Shown piece by piece: positions 38,380 through 51,489 of a DNA stretch of 64,000 nucleotides. The stretch covers positions 16,616,001-16,680,000 of the forward strand of contig NC_043003.1 of the NCBI RefSeq assembly GCF_006345805.1. Direction: 5' to 3'. Numbering within the stretch: position 1 is the first letter of the stretch; every line of letters begins with the position of its first letter. The notes under the pieces were generated by a model. The model was not told the origin of the DNA and did not search any database. It saw nothing but the letters and a program-made list of their open reading frames with translations. This DNA comes from Octopus sinensis. Lineage: Eukaryota. The position numbers and the translations under genes were made by a program.

Positions 38380-38451
38380 GTCCCACTGAAGAAACTTGCC
38401 TTCGGCGAATATTTTTTTGCTGGAAATAGTTAGAAACCGTCGGTCTGGGAT
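38380..38451 (+). ncRNA. Type I hammerhead motif, right arm
   Basis: GTCCCA-CTGAAGA(38386-38392)-AACT...AGTT-A-GAAA(38433-38436)-CCGTCGG-TC-TGGGAT; near-palindromic stem III; extra A before G12. Confidence 0.68.
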
Positions 38452-38548
38452 ATAGTTGAGATGGTAAATGTTTTTAATTTTCATTCCTTTCGTGAATTTA
38501 TCCCTTTTTTGTGTTCTAGCACAACGCTTTCCTATTTGGAAGCTTCTT

Positions 38549-38650
<102 letters not shown>

Positions 38651-38961
38651 TTGTGTATACAACCGTGTGGTTGGGAAGCAAGCTTCTTACCAATATTAAC
38701 AGAAAATAAAATTAAAAAAATAAATCAATGAAAGAAGAAAAGAGGGAAAGAAATAGGAGAGATGAAACCCAGAAGATAACACCCCATTGATGAGGAATGA
38801 AGACAATAAATTCAATAACTCGGCCCTTGAATAGGGAGTGCTTCTTTGATACTATAAAGACTGGGTTTCCTGTTGACAGGCTGTTGATATTAATTAAAGT
38901 GTTAAGTGCTAATGGAATGCATATTACTTGCACTAGTTTTCTGTAACTTCTAGGTTTTATA

Positions 38962-39170
38962 TGAGGGAGGGTTAAAAAGTTCCTTGCTTTAAGGATTTGG
39001 TGAAATGCCTGCTCAACCTTCTGAATTCTCTTATAGGTCTTAGAAAAACTGAAGTACTGCTGCAATAAGTGTGTGACTCTAGGAGCGGAATATGTTGAAT
39101 AAAATCATAATTAACTGATCCTCCTGTATTTTCTTTTAGGCAAAGCCAAGAACTTTTCAGCACCGCCTCA
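38962..39170. mobile_element. mariner-type MITE
   Basis: Imperfect TIRs TGAGGGAGGGTTAAAAAGTTCCTTGCTTT / AAAGCCAAGAACTTTTCAGCACCGCCTCA; TA present on the left only. Confidence 0.55.
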
Positions 39171-39973
39171 AGTTTATATAAACGGAATGGCTCACTGATT
39201 CTCTGGGATTGGTCAAGTATTTTTGACATCTCTGATGAAACAGCAACAAGGGCAGAAAATCAATTAGGTTGAAGGTCGTTCATTATTTTCTTCAATCTAC
39301 AGAGAAATAGGTAAAAAAGAAATGCCAAAAAACAGACGTGTTGCTGTGACTGCTACGTATGTTTACATATACATACAAACATACATAATTGCACACAGAC
39401 ATACATAAAACATGTTTGCAAATTATTTGCCTTAGTAATAATCAGATATGCATTGTTCACCTGTTGCTTGCTATGCAACTATTAAGTGCACAACAAGTCT
39501 GTAGTGGGACTGCAAGTTGGTTAAAACTACAATAAGAGAATAGAGATAAGATCTATTATAAGATAAAAACAGCAAATTTAACTACGTTGTACTTATTTTG
39601 GTTATTCTATATAACGGATGGTGAATGTTAGTGCCGGGGTGATTTAACGATCAATACAGTTTAAATTATTACAGTAGATAGTGAACATTAGCAATGAGAT
39701 CGTTTTGCTTCTTCGACATCTCCAGTTTCAGTAAAGCTAATCCACAACTGTAAGATACTGTGCATTCAACACTGCATAACCTCGTTCATGTTCCTGTGCA
39801 TGTCAAGGTCAGCAACTTCTCTCACGTCTACGTTGCATTGGATAGATTCTCATTATATAATAATCTCTGTGGTTTGACTTTTGTTATTCAAAATAATGGC
39901 CAGTGGTGCCTTTATACATTCAGAAATTATTTTCTTCAATATAAAATGTTATCGTTGAAGAAGTCTGCATTCT

Positions 39974-40575
39974 TATTTCTTTATGGCCCACAAGGAGCTA
40001 AACATAGAGGGGACAAACAAGGACAGACAAACGGATTAAGTCGATTACATCGACGCCAGTGCGTAGCTGGTATTTAATTTATCGACCCCGAAAGGATGAA
40101 AGGCAAAGTCGACCTCGGCGGAATTTGAACTCAGAACGTAACGGCAGACGAAATACCTGTTTCTTTACTACCCATAAGGGGCTAAACACAGAGGGGACAA
40201 ACAAGGACAAACAAACGGATTAAGTCGATTATATAGACCCCAGTGCGTAAACTGGTACTTAATTTTTCGACCCCGAAAGGATGAAAGGCAAAGTCGACCT
40301 CGGCGGAATTTGAACTCAGAACGTAACGGCAGACGAAATACCTGTTTCTTTACTACCCACAAGGGTCTAAACACAGAGAGGACAAACAAGGACAGACGAA
40401 CGGATTAAGTCGATTATATCGACCCCAGTGCGTAATTGGTACTTAATTTATCGCCCCCGAAAGGATGAAAGGCAAAGTCGACCTCGGCGGAATTTGAACT
40501 CAGAACGTAGCGGCAGACGAAATACCGCTAAGCATTTCGCCCGGCGTGCTAACAATTCTGCCAGTTCACCGCCTT
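39974..40575 (-). mobile_element. SINE type B trimer
   Basis: Three ~185-bp units, junctions at ~40155 and ~40342. Confidence 0.92.
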
Positions 40576-40819
40576 CTTACGAATGTTTTCAGTGGGCTAT
40601 CCCTGGTTAACTACAGTTTCATGGAAGTATATGATAAAGGTGTGTCTTTAACTCGATGCAGAACAAATGTCACAAGGAACTTCGTTCGACGAGCATCGCT
40701 TTTCGGTTTGTTTGTTCTTTTGTTTTTTTTTTTCGCGATCTTTACATCTTTCACTGATACACAGGAGCAGGCAAGCACATACACAGCAAAACATGCACGC
40801 ACACTAGTACACTCGCACG

Positions 40820-40853
<34 letters not shown>

Positions 40854-41259
40854 AAAAGATATATTCTCAAGCTGCAAATCAAAGTGTATCCCGATGCACG
40901 CACCAATTTACAACATGGAGAAAGTGCTTTCGATCAAAGTCTCCGTTTGTATTTTCTCGGCCCAAGTTTCACAGACGTTCGTTTGTTACTTTCGCCGCTA
41001 TAAATGCAGTGAACATGTGATTGTCTGAAACCGACGATGCTATTGTTCACAAAATGCTCTATACAATAGAGTGGCATGGTTGGAATGTGTACTGCCCGAG
41101 GCAGCCTTTTGTGTTTGCTACCACCTCCGGGGACAAAGCATTTATATTTAGAATAGTCACAGCGAGAACATCTTTGTTTAGTAACAGATTGACTAGGGTT
41201 AATAAGCAACAACAACAACAACAACATCAACAACAAGCAAGTACTTAAATACTTAATTG

Positions 41260-42190
41260 GGTAATATATCATGTTGGAAAGTTGAAATGGTCATGGCTGG
41301 AACGTCTTTGAAAATAGGCTTGTTCAATAAGGGCTCGCCTATGGTTAGACAACAACGGCAAGAACAATCCTTTGGTACAGTATTCAACTGGGTAGAATAA
41401 GTGAGAAACTATATCTAGAAAGTCAGGATGGTCATCGCTAGATTGTCTTTGAAAATAGACCCGTACAATAAGGGCTCGCCTGGGGTTAATCAACAAGAAA
41501 CAAGGTGATAAACTATATTTGGAAAGTCAGGATGGTCATCGCTAGATTGTCTTTGAAAATAGACTTGTTCAATAAGGGCTCGCCTGGGGTTAATCAACAA
41601 GAAACAAGGTGATAAACTATATCTGGAAAGTCAGGATGGTCATCGCTGGATTGTCTTTGAAAATAGTCCTGTTCAATTATCGCTCGCCTGGGGTTAAGCA
41701 GCAACAACAAACAATGTGATAAACTATATCTGGAAAATCAGGATGGTCATCACTGGATTGTCTTTGAAAGTAGACCTGTTCAATAAGGGCTCACCTGGGG
41801 TTAAGCAACAACGACAACAAACAATAGGGTGATAAACTATATCTGGAAAGTCAGGATGGTCATCACTGGATTGTCTTTAAAAATAGACCTGTACAATAAG
41901 GGCTCGCCTGGGGTTAATCAACAACAAACAATAGGGTGATAAACTATATTTGGAAAGTCAGGATGGTCATCGCTGGATTGTCTTTGAAAATAGACCTGTA
42001 CAATAAGGGCTCGCCTGGGGTTAATCAACAACAAAGGTGATAAACTATATCTGGAAAGTCAGGATGGTCATCGCTGGATTGCCTTTGAAAATAGACCTGT
42101 CGATGAAGGATTTGCCTGGGGTCAAACAGCAACAACAACAACAAAAACGACGACGATGATAACAACGACAATAAACAACAATAACAACCC
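41260..42190 (+). repeat. Minisatellite, 101-113 bp unit, 7 good copies plus 1 degenerate, ending in (CAA)n
   Basis: GA(T/G)AAACTATAT recurs at 41403, 41507, 41611, 41718, 41831, 41938, 42039. Confidence 0.95.
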
Positions 42191-42894
42191 TTTAGTGTAA
42201 ACATTTAACTGGAGTAAGACGTCAGTCGTGGAAAGGTTGGTGTCACAACAACCAAACATACAGACTACACATTATACAATACAATACGATAGATTTATTT
42301 GGAATCATTGGTGGGAAACATTTCTCTCATTCATCTCATAGCTTGAAATTAACAAGGTTTATAAAGCAGACTACATTAATCACTTTTACTATATATATAT
42401 TTTTTCAATATAATTTTCCTGTTGTTAAGTTAATGCAACAACAGTTCCCAGGGATTGCTCTTCACGGCTGGAGTCGCTTCATTTGCGTTGATTTAGGTAC
42501 TTGGGAAAAATGTAGACGCTTCTTTCGTACAAAACTCAAGCTCGGTGTAACAAGCTATGAAATTGATTTTACTGCTGGCGGGCATTAGGGCTAATTTAAA
42601 CATACGCGTCCCGGTTTTGATCCCGTTCGCTGGTAAAGTTAGGATGTTGTATCGATTCCATAACTTAGTAAAATGTAGTATCTCTTTTTTTTTTTTTACT
42701 TGTTTCACTCATTTGACTACGGCCAAGCTGGGGCATAGCCTCCAAGTGTTTTACTCGAATGAATCGACTTCAGGACTTATTTTTTTGTTAAAGCCAGGTA
42801 CTTATTCTATCGGGGTCTTTTTGTCGAACCACTAAGTTAGTGGGACGTAAACACACCAACACCGGTTGCCAAGCGATGATGTGGTAACATACAC

Positions 42895-42925
<31 letters not shown>

Positions 42926-42964
42926 TGTATGTATGTATGTATGTATGTGTGTATGTATGTATGT

Positions 42965-43029
<65 letters not shown>

Positions 43030-43030
<1 letters not shown>

Positions 43031-43270
43031 GAGCAAAACGCCCCTCGTCCACTGGACGGTGCTGAGTTGTGCTGTCAAACATTTAAACCAAGTTTTCTCA
43101 AAACAACTTGCCCGACCGTCCCATAGGCCTCCACTTTGAGAAACACAGATTAAACCTAAATTTGAGACACCAGCAAAAGAAGAAATAAAGATAGACTTTT
43201 TTTCTATTCCAAAGAAAAACGATTTTATTCACACAAATATGCAACCGGAGAGTTTGAAGTACCAGTAATG
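43030..43270 (+). mobile_element. Dispersed repeat, same family as 50727-51125 (HINE-like)
   Basis: GAGCAAAACGCCCC...GACGGTGCTGAGTTG...CCCATAGGCCTCC shared by both loci; both follow (TA)n. Confidence 0.7.
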
Positions 43271-43387
43271 ATAAGGCTGTTGACTGGGAGAACACAAACA
43301 TGGTTTAAATAGTAAGCTTGGCAGGAAAGAAACGTGCCTTTAAGCAGTACAAAAACAACAAAAAATGGAAGGTGCAGTTATTTCACA

Positions 43388-43462
<75 letters not shown>

Positions 43463-43465
<3 letters not shown>

Positions 43466-43760
43466 AATAATATGCCCTGATGCAGTACCAGGCAGCGGCT
43501 CTCATGGCTTCTGATCTTAACTAATTGGAAGTGTTATCATGTACGTTGTTTTGTCTTGGTATAAAAGATGGCCTACAGCAAATATTTTGTGCAATACCAC
43601 AGATTTGCTTGTCAGTTGTTTGACCATAACCAGTTGAGCATGTCCCTTAGTGGCTGACGATATGTGCATTTCTGATCATGAGCAGAAGTAGTGGGGGAGC
43701 ATCATAGGCATGTGTTGAGAGGAATTCTTTGGGGTTTAAATAATTCACCTCTGGAAACAT
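43463..43760 (-). mobile_element. Unclassified retroposon 3' end with (TTA)n/(TCA)n tail
   Basis: Longer copy of 35900-36080 in the opposite orientation. Confidence 0.7.
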
Positions 43761-44575
43761 CAATTAATTAATTGGTTGAATGGTTAACCAATTGACTAAT
43801 AAAGATATAGAAGTGAAATGAAACCAGTGCGTATGTTTATTATTGGCATTATGACCTTGAGATAGAACAAAAGGAAATGGAATCATTTTATAAAAATGTA
43901 TAATATGATTATGCTAAGAAGTCAGAATTATGCGAAAATGATGGTGAGAGCAATTTTATAGTAACATGAATTGAAGTAGATATTTTGAGTGGAGAAAAAT
44001 TAAGCATTCTGATATGTCAAAACTGATGACTTGTCGAGAATAACAGGGTGGATATTCGTAAATATGTGAGTGAATTTGATGGATCCCAGGATGGTAACAA
44101 CTGACTGAATAGGTTCTGAGTGAATTTACAATAACTGTGAATATAGAGAAGAAGTGGATAGATGGGACAGTATGTCAGTTCTGACAACAGAAATACTGTT
44201 AACAGAGATACACGGGTTATCGGATCGCGATAAAGAAGAATGTTTAAATTTTATGAAGACGTGATGTTAAAAGAACTAGATGCAGCCACTAGTTGTTTGG
44301 AAAGAAGGGAATGTTTCTTTTTTTCATTCCGGCTGTAGGATGTTTATCTGCTTTCTTAGATTGTTGCCTCGTTGGTGTCTTGCTCAAAGGCAGCGAGCCG
44401 GCAGAATCGTTAGCATGTCAGAAAAAATGCTTAACATCATTTCTTTTGGTTCTTTACACTTTGAGCTTAAATCCCGCCAATGCCAACTTAGCCTTTCATC
44501 CGTTCGGGATCGATACAATAAGTATCAGTCAAGTACTGGATTCGATACAATAAATACCAGTCAAGTGCTGAGGTC

Positions 44576-45317
44576 CAGTGGCTTTCAGCAGGGGTCCAAA
44601 TAAGATGTTAAAATTTATACACAGCAAATTGGTTACCGTAAATCTTCGAGTATAGTCCGCCCTTGAGTATAATACGCAGGGGATTTTTAGGGGGCTGTAC
44701 CTCTGAAAAACCTAAACCTTATGTATAATACGCACCCCTTCTCTAACTTGAGTCAAGGAGGTTTATATAACGTCTTTGGTTTGTAAAAATGTATACGGTA
44801 ACGTCCTTTATTATTATTGTATATATAACATAATGTAAACGTGTAGCTTTTTTGTGCATTTTGTTTGCAGAAAATAAAGAAATAACCGTAATAACGTTTA
44901 ATAAATGTTGCTTTCTGCAAGTTATAGGTGATTCTTTTATGACTTCATTGCTTTCAGGCTTAGCTTAAGGTATTTTCGCGCCCAACATCACAAAATGCAT
45001 CTGAATAAACATTGCCGGATAGCAAATAGAGACTCGGACATTGCTTAGAAAATAATTTTCATTTTTAACTTCGTATATAGTACGCACTAAGGATTTTGAC
45101 CTTTAAATTCTGGGGGAAAATGCGTATTATACTCGAGGATTTACGGTATACTTCTATAATACACCAAATATTTTCTAATACAATTCTTTTTAATATTTAA
45201 TTATAAAAATATAATAGGAGTTTTTAAACCATCAAATGGCTATGAGGGTCCATCTGAATAAAATAGGAATGAAAGGGGTCTATAGGCAAAACAAAAAAAG
45301 GTGCTTGAGAACCACTG
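44576..45317. mobile_element. hAT (Charlie-like) MITE inserted in a SINE B, carrying a nested MITE
   Basis: Ends CAGTGGCTTTCAGC...GGGGTCC and GGGGTC...TTGAGAACCACTG; SINE sequence resumes after 45317. Confidence 0.7.
44636..45146. mobile_element. pogo/Tigger-like MITE (511 bp) with TA target duplication
   Basis: TA|CCGTAAATCTTCGAGTATA ... TATACTCGAGGATTTACGG|TA. Confidence 0.88.
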
Positions 45318-46050
45318 CACTGTCCCCTTCTCCTTAAAAATGCTGGCCTTGGACCGGCGTCCTGTTCAGGAGAATGTCGTTATTTCGGTCACTTATAAGC
45401 CTTGGAAACGGGGGGAACCGGCCTTATGAGTTCTATGGTTAGAGAGAAAAAAGAATGCGTGTTCAACCATGTTCTGCTTCTGGTTCACAAACGTGTGGTT
45501 GGAGGTGAACATCACAAGGAATATTTAGTCGGTTATTGTTGTCTAGTTTCGTGGTCTGATGGCTATCGTCAGACATAATCTGCATAAAAGCGTGGATAAT
45601 TGTTGGAGATACGTGAGTATAGGAATGAAGAAAAAGAAAATACCAAGAAGATAGATTAAAGAAAGAAAAGATCAGAACAACCTCAGCTAATTTATTTTTG
45701 CATGTTGGTCATATACGTTGTTTTATTTCTTTAATTATTTCATGGGAAGAGAATATTTTAAAGGTTCTCAAATACATGTCGCGTTTTGATATGCTAACAA
45801 CGATATTTTCTTTCAAGCATAAACATTATTTTGTGCAGAATTATGAATTAATAATATAAGAAATAGAACAAAAATGAATAAAAATCTATTGTAAAAGAAC
45901 AAACAAACAAATGATTCTATTATTGTAGTTTTGCATATTATTTAGTTTCTATGTAACTCCCACACTTTTTGTAACTTGCTCTTATAATGTCTCCTCACCT
46001 GTTGTCACCTTTGTGGCAATGATAAAGAAAAAAATATATTGTTGTTGTTA

Positions 46051-46845
46051 AGGCGACGAGCTATTAGAATCGTTGGTGCATCAAGCAAAATGCTTAGCGG
46101 TTTTCTTCGGCTCTCTATGTTCTGGGTTCAGGATCCACCGAGGTCGACTTTGCCTTTCATCCTTTCGGGATCGATTAAATAAGTACCAGTTACGCACTGG
46201 GGACGATGTAATCGACTTAATGCCTATGTCTGTCATTGTTTGTCCCTCTATGTTTAGCCCCTTGTGAGTAATAAAGAAATAGATATTTCGTCTGCCGCTA
46301 CGTTCTGAGTTCAAATTCCGCCGAGGTCGACTTTGCCTTTCATCCTTTCGGGGTCGATAAATTAAGTACCCGATACGCACTAGGGTCGATATAATCGACT
46401 TAATCCGTTTGTCTTTCCTTGTTTGTCCTCTCTGTGTTTAGCCCCTTGTAGGTAGTAAAGAAATAGGTATTTCTTCGGCTCTTTGTGTTCTGGGTTCAGA
46501 TTTCGGCGGGGTTGATTTTGTCGTTCATCCAGTCAGGGTCGATAATATAGATTATCAATCTAGTAATGAAGTCGATTTAATCGACTAACCCCTCTCTTCA
46601 AAACTGCGTGCCATGTATATTATTATCAGAAACATTAAGGCGGCGAGCTGGCAGAAACATTAGCATGCTCGGTGAAATGCTTAGCAGTATTTCGCCCGTC
46701 GCCACGTTCTGAGTTCAAATTCCGCCGAGGTTGACTTTGCCTTTCATCCTTTCGGAGTAGATAAATTAAGTATCAGTTATGTCCTGGGGTCGATCTAATC
46801 GACTGCTCTGCCAAAATTTCAGGCCTTGTGCCTATAGTAGGAAGG
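46051..46845 (+). mobile_element. SINE type B concatemer plus monomer
   Basis: Units restart after AAAGAAATA at ~46280 and ~46465; new head at 46637. Confidence 0.85.
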
Positions 46846-47139
46846 ATTATCATCAGAAAGATTATTATTGTTGCTGTTGTTAGAAGAATGGTTAGAGCAT
46901 TGGAAAAAATGCCCTGCGGCATTTGCTCCTCTTCTTTGTTTTCTGGGTTGAAGTTCGGACCCATTGTTATTATTTACTTCAGCACGTGTGGCAACTGGAC
47001 CCTCTGCTGTACACCAACAGTTTGATTGATCTCCATCCCATCGTGGTTTTTGGGTGCCATTAGGACCTGGAGATAATGTAGATTCATACCCAACGTTCAC
47101 CACCTGCCCACACTGAATCTCAGAGGTGACGGCAAGTCG

Positions 47140-48700
47140 AGTCAACATCAGTACATATATCTCTGGAATTATTTCTGTCTTCACTGGTTTTAGCCTTTTC
47201 AGGGGCTGAAATGCAGCAATGTAAAATATCATCTGACGGAAGCACTCGTCAACAACAAATGGAGTTTCACTCTGAAAAGGCCGATTAAAGCAGAATCGAT
47301 AAGGTTTAGTTGAGCAGTAGCGATGGTTGGAACAAACGGTCACCTATCGGAATTATTCAATATCATGCAGTCAGTCCGTCGTGACTTTTTTCTCGTTTCT
47401 TCTGTATATACTGACTCTTGTGCCACTACTGTGGCAATCAGAGACATTGAGGAGATGGGCGTATACGTTCACAGAGTTTCATTCAGATGTTAGTTTCTTC
47501 GGGATTATTTAACGAATTAATGCAAATAAATGCAAACGTGTACCCAAGATAACATTCTAGCACTAATGCCGCATTGGTAAATAAAAATCTTTGTGTATTA
47601 AGGCTACAATTTGCGTCATGTAAAGAAAACATGTCTTTTATTTTTTGTCCCAGATGTTGTGTGTATCTCTTCTTGAACGAGTTGCCTGTCATTCCGATGT
47701 ATGTCTTTATTACTCCGTTGGAGCCCATGATTTTGGTCTTGTATACAAGTTCTTTGTTCAGATATTTGGAGGACAGCGATTCAGAGATCTACAGTTACAG
47801 TGTCTTTCAGGGGATTCCCGGTGGATTTATTTTTATTGTGATTGAGTATTATCGAACTATTTCTTTCCTCCCCTGAGCGTCTTATTAAAACTGTGTACGT
47901 ACCACTTCCACGCGTTGTTGTTTTTTTCTTGCATTTTTCTTGATTATATATACATGCCGCATTGGTGAACTGTTGCTAACTTTAAAAGTGAAAGTCTTAT
48001 GGTATTTGTGTGAGTGTGGGAAGTGAGTGTCTATTAATCTTAAAAATTTCCCAGCTATGTTAGTGACTAAATTCATGCTATAATGCAGGTTGAGCTATAA
48101 GATTTTTCTCTATCAGTGTCTCTTTGATCTATCTACATTTGGTTCAACATAATTTATGCTTTTCTTGAAGCCGGATCTTTCTAACGCGGCATTATAATCT
48201 GGGGTAGCCTTTTCAAAAGTGTTTTTATCTGCGGATAGATTGGAGACGCGCCTGCTAATGTTATTAACTAATTATTTACGGATTGGTGGTGGGCGGTTGG
48301 AGCCTATGTCTATGCGTGAGGTTTCCTCATTTGGTTTATGGTAGGGTTTAAATTTTCTGGTGATAAGACTCATGTTAACATCTAGATTATTAACTTCTTT
48401 AAGGTGAGTAATAATTGTGGTTCTTAGATCTAATTGGTTAAATATTTTGCATAATTTTTTCTTATCCTACTCATATCGAGTCTGTTTTTTTTATTGTATA
48501 CCATTCCCAGGCCTCCACCCTATATTATCCCATGTTGGTTTCTTTTATTTCTTTTCTAAGGATATCTAGAAAATAGAAGATATCTATAAGATCAGCTATA
48601 GCTGAACCTTTACAGCTCCTCATTTCCACATCAGTTAGCTCATCCTCATTCTTTTTTACCCAATAGGAATTATCATGGAAAAGTAATAACTTCGTCCATA
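47140..48700 (-). mobile_element. Decayed Penelope-like element: RT C-half, linker and GIY-YIG endonuclease
   Basis: KPYHKPNEETSRIDIGSNRPP, NISRRVSNLSADKNTFEKATPDYNAALERSGF, TNIAGKFLRLIDTHFPHSHKYHK, KTYIGMTGNSFKKRYTQH; many stops and frameshifts. Confidence 0.88.
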
Positions 48701-48744
48701 ATTCTATCTAATCAGTGTTTGTTATGGTAACATATATATTCCAG

Positions 48745-48784
<40 letters not shown>

Positions 48785-48785
48785 T

Positions 48786-49272
48786 GTTGTTTCTGGGGGA
48801 GAGTCATTCTCTTTTTGTGCCTTATAATTTAACACACGCACCGATAAAATTTCCACTCATTTCCTTCTTTATTTTTCTAAAGTTTTCGTTACGTCTTGCA
48901 ACTTTTTCAATAGTTGTTGACTCTGTCCGTTATTCAAGCTGCGTTCTTTTTGTTTGTTTGTGCGCATGTGTGTGGGTCAGAGTGTGTGTGCGCACACACA
49001 TGTATGTATGTATGTATGTATGTATGTATGTATGTATGTATGTACGGATGCAAGTGTGTGTATGCATGTATGTGTGTGTGTGTACATATGTATATACGTA
49101 TATATGTGTGTACATTTGTATGCATGTATTCTGCATATTCATGTGTTTGTGTGTTCGTGTTTGTGTATTTTTATGTATGTGTGCGTGTGTTTGCGTGTGT
49201 GTGTACTTCTGTCTGCTGGTGTGTGCATGTCTGAGTGCGCGTGTGTGTATGGATTTTTTCAACTATGTACTG
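48786..49272 (-). repeat. ~490-bp repeat, left copy of an inverted pair flanking a GIY-YIG fragment
   Basis: Reverse complement of 50134-50646 including the (TG)n-rich part. Confidence 0.85.
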
Positions 49273-49629
49273 TATTTGTATGTATGGATGTGCATCTCCA
49301 TATGAGTGGACACGTGTCTCCATATGTGTCCTTGTGTGAAGTGAAGTTTGTGTGTATATATGGTCATGTGTTTCAATCTTCATTTATGTATGTGTGCTTG
49401 TCTGTTCATATAACCTATCTACCTATCCGTCTGTATGTCTACCTGTTTACTTTCATATCCATATGCTTACATACATGTGTATATGCATATACATATATAC
49501 ATACACCCACATACATACATCCATCTACATAACATCCCACTAACTATTCTACTCTATCTGTATAAACTGTGGGTATGGGGGTATGATATCTACTACTACA
49601 TTTCCTATTTAGTTTTGGAGAAGTTTCAT

Positions 49630-50120
49630 TTATGAGGACGTACTCCTGTATTTTTCTGAGTGTTGGGTCCTTTGGGTACCTGGATAAGATGCAGATGTCA
49701 AGTTCACCCAGGTTGACTCATGTTGGTCCTTGGCATGTTGGTAGAGTATGGAGGACTGTTTTTTGTCGAAATATTGTCTCAAATGTTCATTTAGTCGTTC
49801 CGCAATGCTCCTAGATGTCTCCCCTGTGTATATCATGTTCATGTCTTTACAAGCACCTTCTATGCATCTTATGCTGTAGACTACATTTCTAGTTCTACAG
49901 TTAATGCCAGGGCTAATCCTATATACCATGCAGCAATCATTGGTGCATATGGTATTCTCAAAGGGGTACGTCCTACATAGTTGTGCTCTGACGGAGTTCC
50001 CTGGCTTTTCAACAATCTTAATTTTGAGTTTGGTCTCCTTTAAAGCTTTTCTACATCTACGGGCTAGTTCTCCATGAGTTGTGGCCTCTACAAACATCAC
50101 CCCTTGATATTTATCGGTTT
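49630..50120 (-). pseudogene. PLE GIY-YIG endonuclease fragment (second PLE family)
   Basis: MFVEATTHGELARR, CRTRNVVYSIRC, IYTGETSRSIAERLNEH, SILYQHAKDQH. Confidence 0.88.
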
Positions 50121-50133
50121 TATACGACGTGTC

Positions 50134-50646
50134 CAGTACATAGTTCAAAAGAACCCATACATACACACACACACTCAGACATGCACACACACACTCAGAC
50201 ATGCACATACACACTCAGACATGCACATACACACTCAGACATGCACACACACGGAGACAGAGGTATACACACACACATGCAAACACACACACATACACAC
50301 ACATACATAAAAACATACAAACACGGACACACAAAAGCATGAATATGCAGAATACATACATACATCTATACTTATGCACACACATACATGCATACACACA
50401 CATGCATGTATACATACACATATACATACATGTGTATGCACACACACACACTGATCTGCACACATGCGTACAATTGAACAAAAAAACGCAGTGTGAATAA
50501 CGGACAGAGTCAACAATTATTGAAAAGTTTGCAAGGTGCAACGAAAATTTTAGAAAAATAAAGAAGGAAATGAGTGGAAATTTTACCGGTGAGTGTGTTA
50601 AATTATAAGGCACAAAAAGAAAATGACTCTCCCCAGACACAACAAA
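50134..50646 (+). repeat. ~510-bp repeat, right copy of the inverted pair
   Basis: See 48786-49272. Confidence 0.85.
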
Positions 50647-50709
50647 ATATGCTTCAGCACACGAACTCACATAAAGAATCTTGTAAGCCAAATCCCAAAA
50701 CGAAATATA

Positions 50710-50726
<17 letters not shown>

Positions 50727-50741
<15 letters not shown>

Positions 50742-51125
50742 CACACGAGCAAAACGCCCCCCCCCCGTCCGATGGACGGTGCTGAGTTGTCAAACAGTTA
50801 AACCAAATTTTCTCAAAACAACTTGTCCGACCTTCCCATAGGCCTCCCCTTTGCGAAATACTGATTTAACCTAAATTTGAGACAACAGCAAAAGAAGAAA
50901 TAAAGATAGGCGTTTTTTGGTATTTCAAGAAAAGCGATTTTACAAATGCACGTTCCCACGGCTTTATCGATCGCATTCTCACCTGGAATCGATTTTTGTA
51001 ATTTTTTCAAGACTTATACACGCCCTGATACCGTCGGTATCTACATATCAAATTTGAACGCAATCGGATGGAGGATGCCCGAGATCCTTGAAGACACACA
51101 CACAGACAGAACGGATTTTATATAA
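50727..51125 (+). mobile_element. HINE/Helentron-like non-autonomous element
   Basis: Shares its 5' part with 43030-43270; 3' part CAAATTTGAACGCAATCGG...ACACACAGACAGA...TTTATATA resembles HINE ends. Confidence 0.5.
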
Positions 51126-51249
51126 TATATATATATATATAAAAAATTCAGGGTGAATACTTGATAACTGTAAGCATCTGTATATTCCAGTTAGTGGTGT
51201 AGGTGATATGGTATATTTATCAAAAGAAAAACAGGATGAAAAGGATTTA

Positions 51250-51336
51250 GCGGTACATATGTTTCTGGCTTTATTGGACAGTTTATATCAATGTATAATT
51301 GATGTAACATGTATGTCAATAGCCTTCTCCAGCCGC
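51250..51336 (-). ncRNA. Mirror hammerhead with A6G change
   Basis: Minus-strand core reads CTGGAGA; otherwise as 51490-51578. Confidence 0.5.
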
Positions 51337-51489
51337 GCACAATTATCACACCAAAGACATGTATTACATTATAGCAGGTTTGAGAAGAAGTTTTGGAAAA
51401 AGACGAGGTTTGGGAAAAAGACTCGTCTTTTACCCAAACTTCTCAAACCTGCTATAATGTAATACATGTCTTTGGTGTGGTAATTGTGC

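Noticed and set aside
39020-39230. Splice-acceptor-like sites suggesting plus-strand exons
   Set aside because: They fall in or beside a mariner-type MITE and the frames close quickly
41260-42130. CRISPR-like array
   Set aside because: Whole ~105-bp units are repeated with no unique spacers; eukaryotic context and no cas genes
43463-43540. HDV-like ribozyme at the end of the unclassified retroposon
   Set aside because: Could not build the P1-P4 topology; the orientation indicates a 3' end next to its simple-repeat tail
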